From assembly GCA_964366515.1 (NCBI GenBank), contig CAYIUF010000001.1:51388-115387 (forward strand): 64,000 nt of DNA, read 5' to 3'. Positions within the stretch are counted from its first letter, which is position 1; the number at the start of each line of letters is the position of its first letter. Both the position numbers and the translations under genes were made by a program. Positions 45,414 to 55,538 of the stretch are shown here, in pieces. The notes beneath the pieces are model-generated. The model was not told the DNA's origin. It saw nothing but the letters and a program-made list of their open reading frames with translations, and ran no database searches. The DNA comes from an uncultured Gammaproteobacteria bacterium. Lineage in GTDB: Bacteria > Patescibacteriota > Microgenomatia > UBA8517 > UBA10165.

Positions 45414-46570
45414 AGCAACGGAGTCCAATCAGGAATTGGCGTTGTATTGTTTTGAATAAATACAATTGCAAAAAGGTAGATAGGAATAATCAAAAGAAGC
45501 ATTATCCATCTAAAGTCTCTTGCCGCGATAACTTTACTGAATGCTATAAATGCAAACGGAACCAGAGGCAAACTGTACCTTGCAAGATCTCTGTGAGAGA
45601 CAAACAAGAGAGACAAGAAAAATAGACCAGCAAAAGACGCAAGAAGCGCAAATTTTTGACGAATTAAATAAAGAACAGTTAAAGCTCCAAATAAGTAAAT
45701 CCAAACAACTTCCTCAAGCCAAAAAGTCCCAACCCACGTTTGTCCGGGGTTAAAAATCTGGAATGGAGGAAACATAAGGTGAATGTTGTCCCCCGAATTA
45801 AAGTAAGCAAAAAAGCTTCCGTATTGCTTTCCATACCAATACCAAAGTCCAACCAAGCTCAAGGGAATCAGAGAAATTGGGTATATTTGCCAAGGAAGTC
45901 TTTTGATCCATTTCGAAAAACTTACATGAGCAAGCTGTCCAAAAGTCGGAACAGCAATAGCAATTATGTATGAAAAAAACAATAGAATTCCGGGCGGCTT
46001 AGTAAGTTGGGCCATGGCCCCAAAAAGTGCCGCCAGCCAATATGACTTTTTGTTAAAGAAATAAATTGAAGTCAAAATTGTAAGTATGAATAGCGGCTCC
46101 GGCGACCCTACGGAGCGTGTAATCAAATACCTTGCAGGAAGAACCAGAAAGAGTATTGATAGCCATAGCGCATCTTTCTCGAGTCCGATCTGCCTTAGCA
46201 ACAAATAAAACACAAACGAAGCTAAGATACTAGAGATGCATGTGACCATCATCATTGCATAGGGGTAAGTTAAAAACGGCAAAACTGTGGCAACTCCGCG
46301 TATCAGCAGGGGGAACAAGGGATAATGCGCTGTGTAGTATATCGGAGGCAAAGGGAAGGAAAAATTTTGGGCAATTTTCTCTGGATTATAAAGGGTCTTG
46401 GCGGCAACTATGTAATACGGGCCGTCAAAATTTGAAACAACCGTCGCCATCCCATCCCTTTTTAATGGAATTCCCCATATTTCAGGCAATCTTAATGCAA
46501 AAGGAAGCCAAAGAATAATAGTTGTCGCAAGCGACGCAAGGGCAATAAAAAGAAAACTTCTGACCTTCAT
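45410..46570 (-). CDS. polytopic GT-C-fold membrane protein (putative glycosyltransferase)
   Basis: About 11 TM helices. ATG 9 nt after a TATACT box. The tool start (TTG at 46606) is possible. Confidence 0.45.
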   Translation of the reverse strand: MKVRSFLFIALASLATTIILWLPFALRLPEIWGIPLKRDGMATVVSNFDGPYYIVAAKTLYNPEKIAQNFSFPLPPIYYTAHYPLFPLLIRGVATVLPFLTYPYAMMMVTCISSILASFVFYLLLRQIGLEKDALWLSILFLVLPARYLITRSVGSPEPLFILTILTSIYFFNKKSYWLAALFGAMAQLTKPPGILLFFSYIIAIAVPTFGQLAHVSFSKWIKRLPWQIYPISLIPLSLVGLWYWYGKQYGSFFAYFNSGDNIHLMFPPFQIFNPGQTWVGTFWLEEVVWIYLFGALTVLYLIRQKFALLASFAGLFFLSLLFVSHRDLARYSLPLVPFAFIAFSKVIAARDFRWIMLLLIIPIYLFAIVFIQNNTTPIPDWTPLL

Positions 46571-46624
46571 CAAATCAATAGTATATGTCGCAGGCGACGC
46601 GCGCAATATGATATCCTTGGGACG

Positions 46625-47353
46625 ATGCGTACCTTGACCGTGGTGGTTCCGGTTTACAACGAAGAAAAAGATATCCCAAGAAACATGCCCGTTTTGTATA
46701 GGTTTCTTGCAAATAACTTCAAAAACTACACTTGGCGACTGATCATTGCAGACAACGGACCCTCAAAAGATAGAACCCCGGAAGTTTCAAAGATACTTGC
46801 AAGAAAATATAAAAACCTCGTTTATGTGAGAATTCCTCGCCCGGCGCGCGGGAACGCGTTGAAAGAAATTTGGCTCAAAGAAAACGCGGATTTACTTGTT
46901 TATATGGATGTAGATTTATCCTCAGACCTAAACTTCCTCCCCCAACTTGTACGAGCTCTTGAAGAAGGAGCAGATATCACAATTGGCTCAAGACTCAAAA
47001 AAGGCGCGAAGGTTTACGGGAGAACTTTCCTTCGAGAAGTAATGTCGAGAGGATACAACATAATGATTAAGATTTTCTTCTGGACGAAATTTTCAGACGC
47101 CCAATGCGGCTTCAAGGGGATTCGACGCGAGGCGGCTCTGAAATTACTGCCGCACGTAAAAGATAGAGCTTGGTTTTTTGACTCTGAACTTTTGATAATT
47201 GCGGAAAAATCAGGATATAAAGTCCGGGAAATACCAATTGTTTGGCGCGATGACCCGGCCTCAACTGTGAAGGTGGCAAAGACCGCCTGGGGAGATATTA
47301 AAGGATTATACAGACTTTTCACCACACGTCCTTGGAAAAAAGTTGCCAAATGA
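46625..47353 (+). CDS. GT2 polyprenyl-phosphate sugar synthase
   Basis: VVVPVYNEEKDI, ADNGPSKDRT, MDVDLSSD (DxD) motifs. Confidence 0.85.
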   Translation: MRTLTVVVPVYNEEKDIPRNMPVLYRFLANNFKNYTWRLIIADNGPSKDRTPEVSKILARKYKNLVYVRIPRPARGNALKEIWLKENADLLVYMDVDLSSDLNFLPQLVRALEEGADITIGSRLKKGAKVYGRTFLREVMSRGYNIMIKIFFWTKFSDAQCGFKGIRREAALKLLPHVKDRAWFFDSELLIIAEKSGYKVREIPIVWRDDPASTVKVAKTAWGDIKGLYRLFTTRPWKKVAK

Positions 47354-48834
47354 AGAAAGACCACATTCTCCTTATCCTAATACTTCTTTTCGCAGCATTT
47401 TTTCGCCTTTGGCGGATTGATGAATATCTTCCTTTTTTGGGGGACGAGGGTCGCGATGTTCGAGTTGTGTACCGCTTTATTACCCAGTTTGATCTGATGT
47501 TCATTGGCCCCAGAACCTCAATTGGGGATATGTATCTTGGGCCGCTTTACTACTACTTTATATTCCCCTGGCTTGCGCTATTTCATTTTTCTCCAACAGG
47601 CCCCGCAGTTGCCGTAGCCTTAACCGGAATCGCAACGGTCGCATTTATTTATCATGTTGCCCGGGAATGGTTTGGGAAAACAGCAGCAATTGTTAGCGCA
47701 TTTTTATATGCAATATCGCCTAAAGTAATTGAACTTTCAAAGCATTCATGGAACCCTAACATAATGCCATTCTTTGCGCTCCTCTGCGTGTACGGTATGT
47801 GGAGAGTGTGGGCAAAAAAACAAATGTGGTGGCTTCCAATCGTCGGAGTGTCATTCGCGTTTGTCCTGCAGTCACACTACCTTGGGCTGCTACTCCTCCC
47901 AATACTTGGGTTGTTGTGGGTGCTAGGGTGGCTGGAAGCAAGACGCACACACAGCACTAAACGTTTCTTCGTTCTTTCGTTCCTCAGTCTCTCCATTTTC
48001 GTGCTGCTTATGTCTCCCTTGTTTTTATTCGACTATAAACATGGTTGGCATAACATGCAGTCAATGAAGCTGTTTTTTACACACAGACAAGAAACGGTTT
48101 CCGCGCGCCCCTGGAATGCAATCCCCACTGTGTGGGTATTGTGGAATGCGAAAGTCGTGCAGGAGATTATAGGGGTCGCACAAAAAAGTGTAGGTGCCGC
48201 AGTCGCTTTGATTCTGGCAGTATTAACCGGAATCTTGCTGTGGACTGAAAGAAAGCGGCTAACAACCTCCCGGGCTTCGTTTCTTCTATTGGTTGTATGG
48301 ATCACAGTCGGCTTAATCGGTATCGGTTCCATCAAACAAAACATCTTCGCCCATTATTTTGGCTTTATGTTTCCTGCGCCTTTTCTATTGGTGGGTGCAC
48401 TTTCTGAAAAGTGGTGGGACAATAAAAAGTGGGCAGTCTTGTGTGTTTTGGGCACAGTAGCGGTGTTTAGTCTAATAAACAACCCTCTAAAAAATCCGCC
48501 CCAGCGCCAAATGCAGAGAGTCCAAGAGATTGATAAAAAAATTATTGAAGAATCAGGGGGCCGCGCATTTAATTTTGGGTTAGTTGCAGAAAGAAACTAT
48601 GACGAAGGATATTTATACTTCTTTGAATTGTGGAAGGCCCCAGTACGCCAAGCCGATCCACAGCACCTGGCTGAAACAGTAACAGACCAACTATTTGTTG
48701 TCTGCGAAAATTTACCCTGCAATCCAACAACCAGCTCAAAAGCAGAAATTGCACATTTTGGACCAACAAAAATTGAAAAGGAATGGGACACAGGCGGAGT
48801 TAAACTTTACAAACTGTCACACCACCAATTGTGA
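47350..48834 (+). CDS. ArnT/PMT-family GT-C glycosyltransferase (paralogue 1)
   Basis: N-terminal LPFLGDEGRDV...GPLYYY motif region and more than 10 TM helices. ATGA overlap with the preceding GT2. Confidence 0.7.
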   Translation: MKKDHILLILILLFAAFFRLWRIDEYLPFLGDEGRDVRVVYRFITQFDLMFIGPRTSIGDMYLGPLYYYFIFPWLALFHFSPTGPAVAVALTGIATVAFIYHVAREWFGKTAAIVSAFLYAISPKVIELSKHSWNPNIMPFFALLCVYGMWRVWAKKQMWWLPIVGVSFAFVLQSHYLGLLLLPILGLLWVLGWLEARRTHSTKRFFVLSFLSLSIFVLLMSPLFLFDYKHGWHNMQSMKLFFTHRQETVSARPWNAIPTVWVLWNAKVVQEIIGVAQKSVGAAVALILAVLTGILLWTERKRLTTSRASFLLLVVWITVGLIGIGSIKQNIFAHYFGFMFPAPFLLVGALSEKWWDNKKWAVLCVLGTVAVFSLINNPLKNPPQRQMQRVQEIDKKIIEESGGRAFNFGLVAERNYDEGYLYFFELWKAPVRQADPQHLAETVTDQLFVVCENLPCNPTTSSKAEIAHFGPTKIEKEWDTGGVKLYKLSHHQL

Positions 48835-49814
48835 AAATATATAAAGAAGCACAAGCAATTTTAGATAAAATTAATGTTGCCAAAAATATACTCCTGTTTT
48901 TGCATGTTAACCCAGACGGGGACAGCATAGGATCAAACCTGGCTCTCGCTCGAGTTTTAGAGGGCATGGGGAAAAATGCCGCAATTTATTCTGCTGACGA
49001 ACCCCAGGAGAATCTAGATTTTTTACCCGGTCTTGAAAAAGTAATTCGCGAAGATCCCAATAAAGCAGATTTCGAAAAATATGATCTTTTAATTTTTTTA
49101 GATAGTGCCGAGGGCCTTCGCGTAACAAGACACGATCATTTGCCAGTCCCGGAAAAACTACCAACAATTGTAATAGATCACCATAGTACAAATGAAGGTT
49201 ACGGACAGGTAAACCTTATCGATTCAACAGCATCGTCAACTTCAGAAATTCTCTATAGCTTGTTTGAATCATGGAAAACAAAAATAGACCCAGGGACTGC
49301 CAACTGTTTGCTTGCGGCAATTTTCTCTGACACCGGAACCCTTAGGTGGGCAACAAACGAAAACACACTGGAAGCCGCAAGTCAGTTAATAAAAAACGGC
49401 GCAAACCTTGAAAAAATAAACTTTAACCTTTACTCAAGAACTCCACTTAATATGGTAAAGTACCAAGCCGAAGTAGTCAGAAGAATGAAAAAGGAAGCAG
49501 CCGGCAAAAAAAAGTTTCTCTGGGCGGCAACGTCATTTGAGGATATCGAAAAGCTGGGGGGAACAAAAATTGCAGTTGGAGGGTCAGACATTGGAAAAAC
49601 TGTGGAAGGAGTTGATTTTGCCCTTGTGATAAGAGAGGAAGAAAAAGGGGTAATAACGGGGTCCTTGCGCGCAAGAACGAATGTTGACGTTTCAAAAATT
49701 GCATCTTCTTTAGGCGGCGGGGGTCATAAAGCGGCAGCAGGCTTCTCCATAAAGTTCGAAGGATCATTTAACGACAAAGTCGGTGAAATCATTGAAAAGA
49801 TCAAATCATCATGA
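48831..49814 (+). CDS. nrnA: DHH-DHHA1 phosphoesterase (NrnA-like nanoRNase/pAp phosphatase)
   Basis: HVNPDGDSIGS, DHH (VIDHHS), and GGGGHKAAAGF motifs. Confidence 0.8.
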   Translation: MKIYKEAQAILDKINVAKNILLFLHVNPDGDSIGSNLALARVLEGMGKNAAIYSADEPQENLDFLPGLEKVIREDPNKADFEKYDLLIFLDSAEGLRVTRHDHLPVPEKLPTIVIDHHSTNEGYGQVNLIDSTASSTSEILYSLFESWKTKIDPGTANCLLAAIFSDTGTLRWATNENTLEAASQLIKNGANLEKINFNLYSRTPLNMVKYQAEVVRRMKKEAAGKKKFLWAATSFEDIEKLGGTKIAVGGSDIGKTVEGVDFALVIREEEKGVITGSLRARTNVDVSKIASSLGGGGHKAAAGFSIKFEGSFNDKVGEIIEKIKSS

Positions 49815-51301
49815 TGAAAAACAAGCTCATTTCCTTCTTCCTGAGTATTATTCTGGTACTTGCCGCATTCGTCAGGGTTTATAGAACAAACGAAATCTTG
49901 GGCCTTTATTTCGACCAAGGTCGAGACGCGCAAGTAATTTGGGATTTTGTCCATAGTGGACGCTTATTTCTAATTGGCCCAACTACCGGAATCGAAGGAA
50001 TTTTTCGCGGCCCCTGGTACTACTGGCTGATTACTCCATTTTATTGGTTAGGAGGAGGCAACCCCGTTTGGCCTGCTGTGTTTCTAGCATTAACCACAGT
50101 GGCGGCACTTTTTATCATGTTCCATCTTTCATATGTGATTGCAGGTAAAACTGCAGGATTTCTTGCTTTGATAATCGGATCATTTTCATTCTTCTTTATG
50201 TTGGCCGCTCGCTGGCTTTCAAACCCCACGCCAATGTTTTTGATAAGTATGCTTCTTCTATACTCGCTGTTTTTAATACTAAACGGCAAAAAATGGGCAT
50301 GGATTGGTGTTTCATTCCTGGTCGGTTTGTCTATGCAGTTTGGGAGTGCAACGGAGGTATTTCTTTTTCCGGCTATTGCCGTATTTGCAATTTGGCAAAG
50401 GAAGATGTTGCCAAGCAAAAAAATTCTACTTTTATCAGTTGCTGCGCTTGGTGTAACGGTACTTCCTCAAATTGTGTTCGATATAAAACATGAAGGAATA
50501 TTACAAATTGGAATAAAAAGATTTCTTTTTGCGGAAGATAGTTTCAAGGCCTCGCTCTGGGAAGTAGCAAAACAAAGGGCAGATTTTTACTTGGGGGTTT
50601 TTGGATCAAAATTGTTTCCTTCATCGGGAGAATACCGAAACTGGTTTATATACGGTGGAATTGTGGCACTGTTGGGAACGTTCAAATATTGGAAGGTAAA
50701 CAAATATTTTCTGACCACACTCCTAATATTTTCTGCGCCACTTATTGGAATGCTATTTTTCCAGGGCAATAGCGGAAATGTTTACGATTACTACTTTACC
50801 GGATACTATTTTGTGTTTGTGATTTTGTTTTCGAGCGTTTTCTCTTACATTGCAAAGAGTCTGTTGGGCAAAGTGATTTTAGGAATATTTATCTACCTAT
50901 TTTTGATGGACAACATTGTAATTACAAGAAATTATATAAATGATCGCGGGGAAGGTGAGAACACAATAAATTTTGGCAACCAAATGCGAGCCCTCAATTG
51001 GGTATACGCGGATCTGGGTGAGTGCGACAAATTTAATCAAGACGCGTACGTACCGCCAGTTATCCCACACGCATACAACTATTTGTTTACATGGTATGGA
51101 GCCGAAATTGATTGTTCTCCTGTGGAGGAGCAAGTAAGTCTCTTATATACTATTTATGAAGTTGATCCGCCGCACCCCGAAAGGCTTAAGGCATGGCTTG
51201 ATAGGCAAAAGGGAATAGGCATTATTGAGAAGTCAGATCGCTTTGGAGGAATTACCGTAGAAAGAAGGATGAGAATCTCAGATGGTGAAAAACACGAGTG
51301 A
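49811..51301 (+). CDS. ArnT/PMT-family GT-C glycosyltransferase (paralogue 2)
   Basis: LYFDQGRDAQV...GPWYYWL N-terminal region similar to the 47350 protein. Polytopic. Confidence 0.7.
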   Translation: MMKNKLISFFLSIILVLAAFVRVYRTNEILGLYFDQGRDAQVIWDFVHSGRLFLIGPTTGIEGIFRGPWYYWLITPFYWLGGGNPVWPAVFLALTTVAALFIMFHLSYVIAGKTAGFLALIIGSFSFFFMLAARWLSNPTPMFLISMLLLYSLFLILNGKKWAWIGVSFLVGLSMQFGSATEVFLFPAIAVFAIWQRKMLPSKKILLLSVAALGVTVLPQIVFDIKHEGILQIGIKRFLFAEDSFKASLWEVAKQRADFYLGVFGSKLFPSSGEYRNWFIYGGIVALLGTFKYWKVNKYFLTTLLIFSAPLIGMLFFQGNSGNVYDYYFTGYYFVFVILFSSVFSYIAKSLLGKVILGIFIYLFLMDNIVITRNYINDRGEGENTINFGNQMRALNWVYADLGECDKFNQDAYVPPVIPHAYNYLFTWYGAEIDCSPVEEQVSLLYTIYEVDPPHPERLKAWLDRQKGIGIIEKSDRFGGITVERRMRISDGEKHE

Positions 51302-52064
51302 ACTACCATATTTGTCTGTAGTTGTCCCTGCTTACAACGAAGAAGTAAATATAAAAAGGGGCGCAACGGATCGTCTGCTTTCGTATATGAAAAAGCAAGA
51401 CTATACCTGGGAGGTTTTGTTTGTTGACGATGGCTCTCAAGACAATACTGCAAGCTTACTTTCCGAACTTACAAAAAAAGAAACAAGAGTGCATTTGATT
51501 AAAAACCCTCATCAGGGCAAAGCGGCAACTGTAACAACCGGAGTAATGCAATCAAAAGGAGAAATAATTCTTTTTACAGACACAGATCAAGCAACTCCAA
51601 TGAAAGAAGTTGAAAAATTTTTGCCATACTTTCAAGAAGGCTACGACGTCGTGATCGGCTCCCGGAGCGGGAGGGCTGGAATGCCGGTATTTAGAAAAGT
51701 TATGGCATATGGTTTTGTTATTTTAAGAACAATCGTGCTCCGCCTCCCATTCAAGGATACCCAAACTGGATTCAAAGCATTTACTAGGGATTCAGCGCAC
51801 AGAATTTTTGCAACATTAAAAATCTTTGGAACAAGCGGGGTAATGGGCCAGACAAGAGTCATTAAAGGTGCCGCTGTAAAAGCAGGTTTTGACATAGAAA
51901 TACTGTTCGTGGCCCGAAAATTAGGCTACAAAATCAAGGAGGTCCCGGTTGAATGGCACCATCCAGGGACAACACGCGTCAATCCCTTAAAAGACTCAAT
52001 TGAGGCTCTAAGCGACATGATTAGGATTAGATGGTATGCCTTGCGGGGAGAATACAAAGGTTAA
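51282..52064 (+). CDS. GT2 polyprenyl-phosphate sugar synthase
   Basis: VVVPAYNEEVNI, VDDGSQDNT, TDTDQATP motifs. Confidence 0.85.
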   Translation: MVKNTSELPYLSVVVPAYNEEVNIKRGATDRLLSYMKKQDYTWEVLFVDDGSQDNTASLLSELTKKETRVHLIKNPHQGKAATVTTGVMQSKGEIILFTDTDQATPMKEVEKFLPYFQEGYDVVIGSRSGRAGMPVFRKVMAYGFVILRTIVLRLPFKDTQTGFKAFTRDSAHRIFATLKIFGTSGVMGQTRVIKGAAVKAGFDIEILFVARKLGYKIKEVPVEWHHPGTTRVNPLKDSIEALSDMIRIRWYALRGEYKG

Positions 52065-52140
52065 TTATCAATTTCCAATTTTTAATTTTCAATGAATGTT
52101 CAAAACATTTAAATTTTCAAATTCATTTCAAATTTCGAAT
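52065..52140 (+). repeat. A/T-rich degenerate tandem repeat tract (TTTCAAAT/AATTTTCAA units) spanning the start of the next ORF
   Basis: caatttccaatttttaattttcaatgaatgttcaaaacatttaaattttcaaattcatttcaaatttcgaatttcaaatttaaaattcc, seen directly. Confidence 0.4.
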
Positions 52141-53646
52141 TTCAAATTTAAAATTCCCCTGCTGTTTTTGGGAATATTCTTACTAGCTTTGTTCCTCCGT
52201 ACGTACAATATCTTCTCAATTCCCATCTTTGCAGATGAGGCAATTTATATAAGATGGGCGCAGGTTATGCGCGCTGTCGCCTCCCTAAGATTTCTTCCAT
52301 TATCAGATGGCAAACAGCCCTTGTTTATGTGGATGATGATTCCGCTTCTCAAGGTGGTCACAGACCCTCTTGTGGCAGGCCGGATACTATCTGTGCTTTC
52401 GGGTCTTGGCGCTTTGGTGGGTGTATTTTTATTAACCAACAAACTGTTTGGCAAAAAACCTGCGTTGTTTGCGTCTTTTTTATATGCAATTTCCCCGTTT
52501 ACTGTTTTTTTCGACAGAATGGCACTAGTTGATAGCATGTTGGCAATGTTTGGGATCTGGTCACTCTACCTTGGTGTGCTAACTGCACAAACCTTAAGAC
52601 TGGACTACGCAATGTTAACCGGATTTGCCTTAGGCGGAGCATACCTAACAAAGTCCCCTGGAATATTCTTTCTTGCACTCCTTCCGACAACAATCTTGGC
52701 TGCCAAATGGAAAGACAACAAACATTCAAACTTAAATCAAGTTGGGAAACTCATCGGTTTGTGGAGTGTTTCATGGATTATCGGTCTCGGCTTGTATAAC
52801 ATCCTAAGGCTTGGCCCAGAATTTCATATGTTGGCAATAAGAAACAAAGATTATGTTTATAGCTTTGCAGATTTTTTCAAGCACCCCTTCGACCCGCTTA
52901 GGCCCCACATGGGGGATATACAATCATGGTTTTGGAATTTGCTGCCGGCTACAACTCTGGGCGCGGCGGTTTTCGGAATCGTAGCCAGTTTTAAAAAATC
53001 ATGGAAAATGGTACTACTTCTTCTTGCATGGTGCCTTGGCCCTCTGTTTGTCGAAGCCGCTTTAGCAAAAGTCTTTACAGCAAGATATGTCCTTTTTACT
53101 GCAACCCCCATGTTTATACTGGCTGGCGCAGGCGCCGCATTTGCGGCAAAGAAAATTAAAACTTTAACTGTTGTTGGACTACTTGGAGCAATGCCCCTCA
53201 CCATAAACTATCTACTTCTAACTGCTCCTGAAAAAGCCCCCCTCCACAAAAACGAAAGGGCAGGGTATCTGGAGGAGTGGACATCAGGAACAGGAATCAG
53301 AGAAATTGCAAAATATATAAAAGCTGAGAAGATAAAAAATCCTGAACAAAATATAGTTGTTGGGACAGAAGGTTATTTTGGAACCCTCCCGGACGGTTTA
53401 CAGATTTATTTATCAGATATTCCGGGAATTGTTGTAAGAGGGGTTGGGGTTACAATCTTTGATGTGGATTCTTCTCTTATTGACGCAAAAAAAGCAGGCA
53501 ACAGAGTATTTCTTGTAGTTAACTCAACGAGATTCAAGATTGAGAATCCAGAACTTAAGGGATTGGTTTTGGTAAATCAATATCTCAAAGCAAAAAGATC
53601 AAATGGCACTCAAGAAGCATTAACGCTTTGGGAGCTTGCCAAGTAA
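52096..53646 (+). CDS. ArnT/PMT-family GT-C glycosyltransferase (paralogue 3)
   Basis: IFADEAIYIRWAQ...ALFASFLYAISPF resembles the other two paralogues. The first 20 codons lie in the repeat tract, so the true start may be internal. Confidence 0.65.
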   Translation: MFKTFKFSNSFQISNFKFKIPLLFLGIFLLALFLRTYNIFSIPIFADEAIYIRWAQVMRAVASLRFLPLSDGKQPLFMWMMIPLLKVVTDPLVAGRILSVLSGLGALVGVFLLTNKLFGKKPALFASFLYAISPFTVFFDRMALVDSMLAMFGIWSLYLGVLTAQTLRLDYAMLTGFALGGAYLTKSPGIFFLALLPTTILAAKWKDNKHSNLNQVGKLIGLWSVSWIIGLGLYNILRLGPEFHMLAIRNKDYVYSFADFFKHPFDPLRPHMGDIQSWFWNLLPATTLGAAVFGIVASFKKSWKMVLLLLAWCLGPLFVEAALAKVFTARYVLFTATPMFILAGAGAAFAAKKIKTLTVVGLLGAMPLTINYLLLTAPEKAPLHKNERAGYLEEWTSGTGIREIAKYIKAEKIKNPEQNIVVGTEGYFGTLPDGLQIYLSDIPGIVVRGVGVTIFDVDSSLIDAKKAGNRVFLVVNSTRFKIENPELKGLVLVNQYLKAKRSNGTQEALTLWELAK

Positions 53647-54259
53647 GATCACCTTGAATAAAGCCGCAAGAGAACACTTCAAAAAAACCGACCCAATTTT
53701 ATATAAAGCACTAGAAAAAGTTGGTAAAGTGGAAATGGACAAGCCAAGAAGTCCGAAAGTATATTTTGAACATCTTGTTCGCTCAATTGTTTTCCAACAG
53801 TTGTCCGGGAAAGCTGCAAATACAATATATAGTAGATTCATGGCGTTGCTTCCAAAAGGAAAGGTGACCCCAGAAACTATCTTAAAACTAAGCGATGAAG
53901 AGATTCGTGGAGCAGGAATTTCAGGCCAGAAGATGGGCTATATCCGAGATTTATCGCAAAAGGTAAAAGATAAAGAAGTAGACCTTAACAATCTCCAAAA
54001 TTTAAGTGACGAGGAAGTAATAAGTGAGCTAACTAAAGTTAAAGGGATAGGCCGCTGGACAGCCGAAATGTTCCTCATGTTCACACTAACCCGCCCCGAC
54101 ATTTTCTCCCATGGCGACCTTGGCTTAAGGAATGCAATTAAAATGCTATACAAACTTGAAAACCCGACCCAAGAGCAAGTAGAACTCATTTGTGCAAAGT
54201 GGTCGCCACACAGAACATACGCTTGCAGAATCTTGTGGGAAAGCCTGGATAATCGCTGA
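53636..54259 (+). CDS. HhH-GPD DNA glycosylase (AlkA / 3-methyladenine glycosylase II-like)
   Basis: LTKVKGIGRWTAEMFLMF...D.GLRNAI helix-hairpin-helix GPD motif with catalytic Asp. Confidence 0.8.
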   Translation: MPSKITLNKAAREHFKKTDPILYKALEKVGKVEMDKPRSPKVYFEHLVRSIVFQQLSGKAANTIYSRFMALLPKGKVTPETILKLSDEEIRGAGISGQKMGYIRDLSQKVKDKEVDLNNLQNLSDEEVISELTKVKGIGRWTAEMFLMFTLTRPDIFSHGDLGLRNAIKMLYKLENPTQEQVELICAKWSPHRTYACRILWESLDNR

Positions 54260-54291
54260 AGCTCATATATCGAGTACGCTATAACAGATGA

Positions 54292-55149
54292 TCACTTCAA
54301 TATATAAATATCCTGGTTAGTCTCAGAAGTCCCCACAAGCTCGCCCGAGCCTCGGAGTATTGCCTCGTAGGGAAGGCAGTTGTTGCACCCGTTAGTGGAG
54401 CAGTTCAAAAGATTCAATTGCCTTGCAAGCTTAATTCGCTTTGCAACCTCCATCACCCTGTCAATTGCGTCTTTTTCTTCAGGTAAGACAGCCTCCTGTG
54501 GGGTGTCGCTTTTATCTATATACCAATAACTTGCTTTCGAAACTGGATACTTTTGAGTATTTTTAGTCAAAAGATAGTATATCGGAAGCTGTAAAGAGCC
54601 CTCAGACTCCTCATTTTTACCGGTCTTGAAGTCAACAATATGAACTGATCCATCGTCCATATATTCCAACCAATCAATCTTCCCACACAAAATTATGTTG
54701 TCTTCTTTGGAAAATAAATATCGCGGCAGTTCAAAATTAGATTTTGACCCGTCCTCTTCTCTTGGGGTGATTTTTATGGCCTTGTTTAGAAGTATTCCCG
54801 GATTTTTCTCTACTCGCGCAAGCATTGCCAAACCCCGCTCTTTGTATTCTGCTTCTTGCTCAGGAGTTCTAAACCCCCCCATTTTCCCTGAAACTTTTGC
54901 CCATGCTTCCTCAAACTTTTTAGATAAAGGCTCCTTAAATCTTTCGGCTGCAGGAAACGCAGACAAGGCCTCCAAAGTCTCATGAACCGCCTGCCCCAAA
55001 GCCAAAGGGGGAGACATAATGGTCATCTTCCTGTTTGTCGCCTTGCTCTTATACATATTTCGAAGATAATAAGACCGGGCACACTTCAAAAAATCTCCAA
55101 TTGAAGAATGAGATACCCAAACCGGCTGGCTTTCTCTGGGCTTGATCAC
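54292..55149 (-). CDS. PD-(D/E)XK nuclease with Cas4-like 4-Cys iron-sulfur module (RecB-family, stand-alone)
   Basis: N-terminal Cys (DFLKCARSYY), a VHIVDFKTGK core (DxK) consistent with a PD-(D/E)XK nuclease fold, C-terminal CSTNGCNNC triad. No cas genes or CRISPR nearby. Confidence 0.65.
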   Translation of the reverse strand: MIKPRESQPVWVSHSSIGDFLKCARSYYLRNMYKSKATNRKMTIMSPPLALGQAVHETLEALSAFPAAERFKEPLSKKFEEAWAKVSGKMGGFRTPEQEAEYKERGLAMLARVEKNPGILLNKAIKITPREEDGSKSNFELPRYLFSKEDNIILCGKIDWLEYMDDGSVHIVDFKTGKNEESEGSLQLPIYYLLTKNTQKYPVSKASYWYIDKSDTPQEAVLPEEKDAIDRVMEVAKRIKLARQLNLLNCSTNGCNNCLPYEAILRGSGELVGTSETNQDIYILK

Positions 55150-55259
55150 AAATACAATCTAGTGCAAATGAGGGAAGCGAGTCAATAAGAAATTGCAGAA
55201 TCTCAAATTAAGGGAATATACTATTAATAAACCGCCACTGATACTACGGCGGGTCAAAG

Positions 55260-55535
55260 GTGGTGAGAAATTTGAAACTTAATCCTCACAAAGTAGGTCT
55301 AACAGTAGGGACAATGTTTGTTATTGTCCATACCATCTGGGGTGTTGGCATAGCCCTTGGCTTTGCCCAAACACTTCTTGATTGGATGATGTCCTTGCAC
55401 TTTGTACAAGTGACCCATTCCTATTCAAGCTTTAACTTAACAAGCTTGCTTACTCTCTTAGTAGTTGCAGCAGTAAGGGGGTACGTAGGAGGCTACATCC
55501 TAGCCAGTGTATGGAACTACTGGAATAAAAAGTAA
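55260..55535 (+). CDS. hypothetical small membrane protein
   Basis: 91 aa, three TM helices, GTG start. Confidence 0.35.
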   Translation: MVRNLKLNPHKVGLTVGTMFVIVHTIWGVGIALGFAQTLLDWMMSLHFVQVTHSYSSFNLTSLLTLLVVAAVRGYVGGYILASVWNYWNKK

Positions 55536-55538
55536 AGG

